From: a virus
Length of the DNA stretch: 64,000 nt
IMG/VR virus record: IMGVR_UViG_3300045988_115217
Direction: 5' to 3' (one strand)
Shown here: positions 63,306 to 64,000 of the stretch, piece by piece
Layout: each line of letters opens with the position of its first letter
Numbering within the stretch: the stretch's first letter is position 1
Position numbers and translations under genes: made by a program
Notes under the pieces: model-generated
Seen by the model: the letters and a program-made list of their open reading frames with translations, nothing else
Database searches by the model: none
What the model was told of the DNA's origin: nothing

Positions 63306-63837
63306 GGCAAGCGGAGGTACACGAAACTATTCGGGTAACCCTAAGACGATGGCTAAGAGAGAATCAGAATTTCAAGCCATCGTCTCTACGGGCAACTATA
63401 AAGATAGCTACTTCGATAAAAGCGGCGGTTATTATGTGGTACATAACAACCATAATAAGATTGCTGACCCGAATACCAATAAGGAAATGTATGCCGCAGA
63501 AGTTCTTGCTAAAAAGGGTTATCGTGTATATTTGATGAGCGAAATGTCGTATATAACGGGAGCGAAGAAGACTGATGGCTTCAAAGAGCACGCCATGATG
63601 GATATAAAAACCATCAACTCGGCGAGTTCTTATAAAATAGAAAATAGCTTGAAGAGTGCTGCTACACAAGGAGCGGAGGTTGCTATCCTTATACAGAACA
63701 CTAAGGCTATGACAAAAGAATATGTCAAAGAACAGATTTCTATGTACCTCACTCATGCAAAAGGAAATGAAAGAGGTAACTTAAAAGAAGTTATTGTTGT
63801 TGGCTTATCAGGCAATGTTCATCGCCATAAGCTATAA
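63298..63837 (+). CDS. hypothetical protein with an MSKASGGTR N-terminus and a PD-(D/E)xK-like C-domain
   Basis: ATG 63298 overlaps the queC stop. TDGF...MDIKT...QGAEVAILIQ resembles restriction-fold/CdiA-CT-like nucleases (weak). Confidence 0.4.
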   Translation: MSKASGGTRNYSGNPKTMAKRESEFQAIVSTGNYKDSYFDKSGGYYVVHNNHNKIADPNTNKEMYAAEVLAKKGYRVYLMSEMSYITGAKKTDGFKEHAMMDIKTINSASSYKIENSLKSAATQGAEVAILIQNTKAMTKEYVKEQISMYLTHAKGNERGNLKEVIVVGLSGNVHRHKL

Positions 63838-64000
63838 GACAAAGAATAGCAAAGCAGGTACACCTCTTTGCCTTTGAAGAATAAGCGTGAAATCGAGCAG
63901 CCAGTGTACTGACCCACCCGATTTATTCTTCTCGGTCGCAAAATTAAGAATAAAAATTGAAATAACAAAATAAAAGAAAGGAAAATTATGTATTACGTTT

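Noticed and set aside
63848-63946. preQ1 riboswitch next to the QueC operon, suggested by nested hairpins at 63848-63870 and 63876-63931
   Set aside because: I could not match preQ1-I, -II or -III consensus features. This is more likely a terminator or structured spacer and needs an Rfam scan.
1-64000. Prophage-host junctions at or near the window edges
   Set aside because: The same promoter cassette and phage-type genes run to both edges and on both sides of int. I recognised no host housekeeping genes or att duplication.

Overview
The window is essentially one AT-rich temperate phage, either a free genome or the interior of a prophage. The tail is siphovirus-type. A Bacteroidota host is inferred from Bacteroides-type TAnnTTTG -7 promoter boxes, a Bacteroidota-style tyrosine integrase and a DUF4494 protein. 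I saw no rRNA, no CRISPR array and no canonical tRNA.

Layout:
- 1-8101 (minus): early/replication-recombination operon with a VRR-NUC nuclease, a beta-class DNA methyltransferase, DUF4494, an SSB-like protein and DUF932. A 420-bp non-coding insert carries a tRNA-like T-arm.
- 8403-12288 (plus): small early genes, DUF3310, a Rha/KilAC antirepressor and a DUF559 endonuclease.
- 12494-37767 (plus): scaffold, capsid, connectors, major tail protein, frameshifted chaperone, 1943-aa tape measure, 2284-aa tail protein, then a complete diversity-generating retroelement (tail-fibre VR, Avd, TR, RT), then membrane proteins and an amidase.
- 38113-43288 (plus): accessory island that includes a second lysis-like cassette (holin-like protein, GH19 lysozyme, u-spanin-like lipoprotein).
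- 43387-49710 (minus): MazG-like protein, MBL hydrolase, RecT, HNH homing endonuclease, SbcC-like ATPase and small HTH proteins.
- 49864-51946 (plus): CI-like S24 repressor and integrase.
- 51983-58672 (minus): many small genes, including a DUF2829/Tad2-like protein and a protein with 18 tandem 27-bp repeats.
- 58968-63837 (plus): includes a ParB-like / TGT(DpdA)-like / QueC cluster suggesting 7-deazaguanine DNA modification.

The best-supported special system is the DGR, where all 15 TR/VR mismatches fall at TR adenines.

Other notable points:
- a reiterated promoter-leader cassette with TCTATTA boxes;
- two G8 tracts that each uncouple an RBS-equipped ATG from its long ORF;
- two in-frame TAA interruptions;
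- no terminase or portal gene anywhere in the 64 kb.

All family assignments come from motif recognition by eye. No searches were run.
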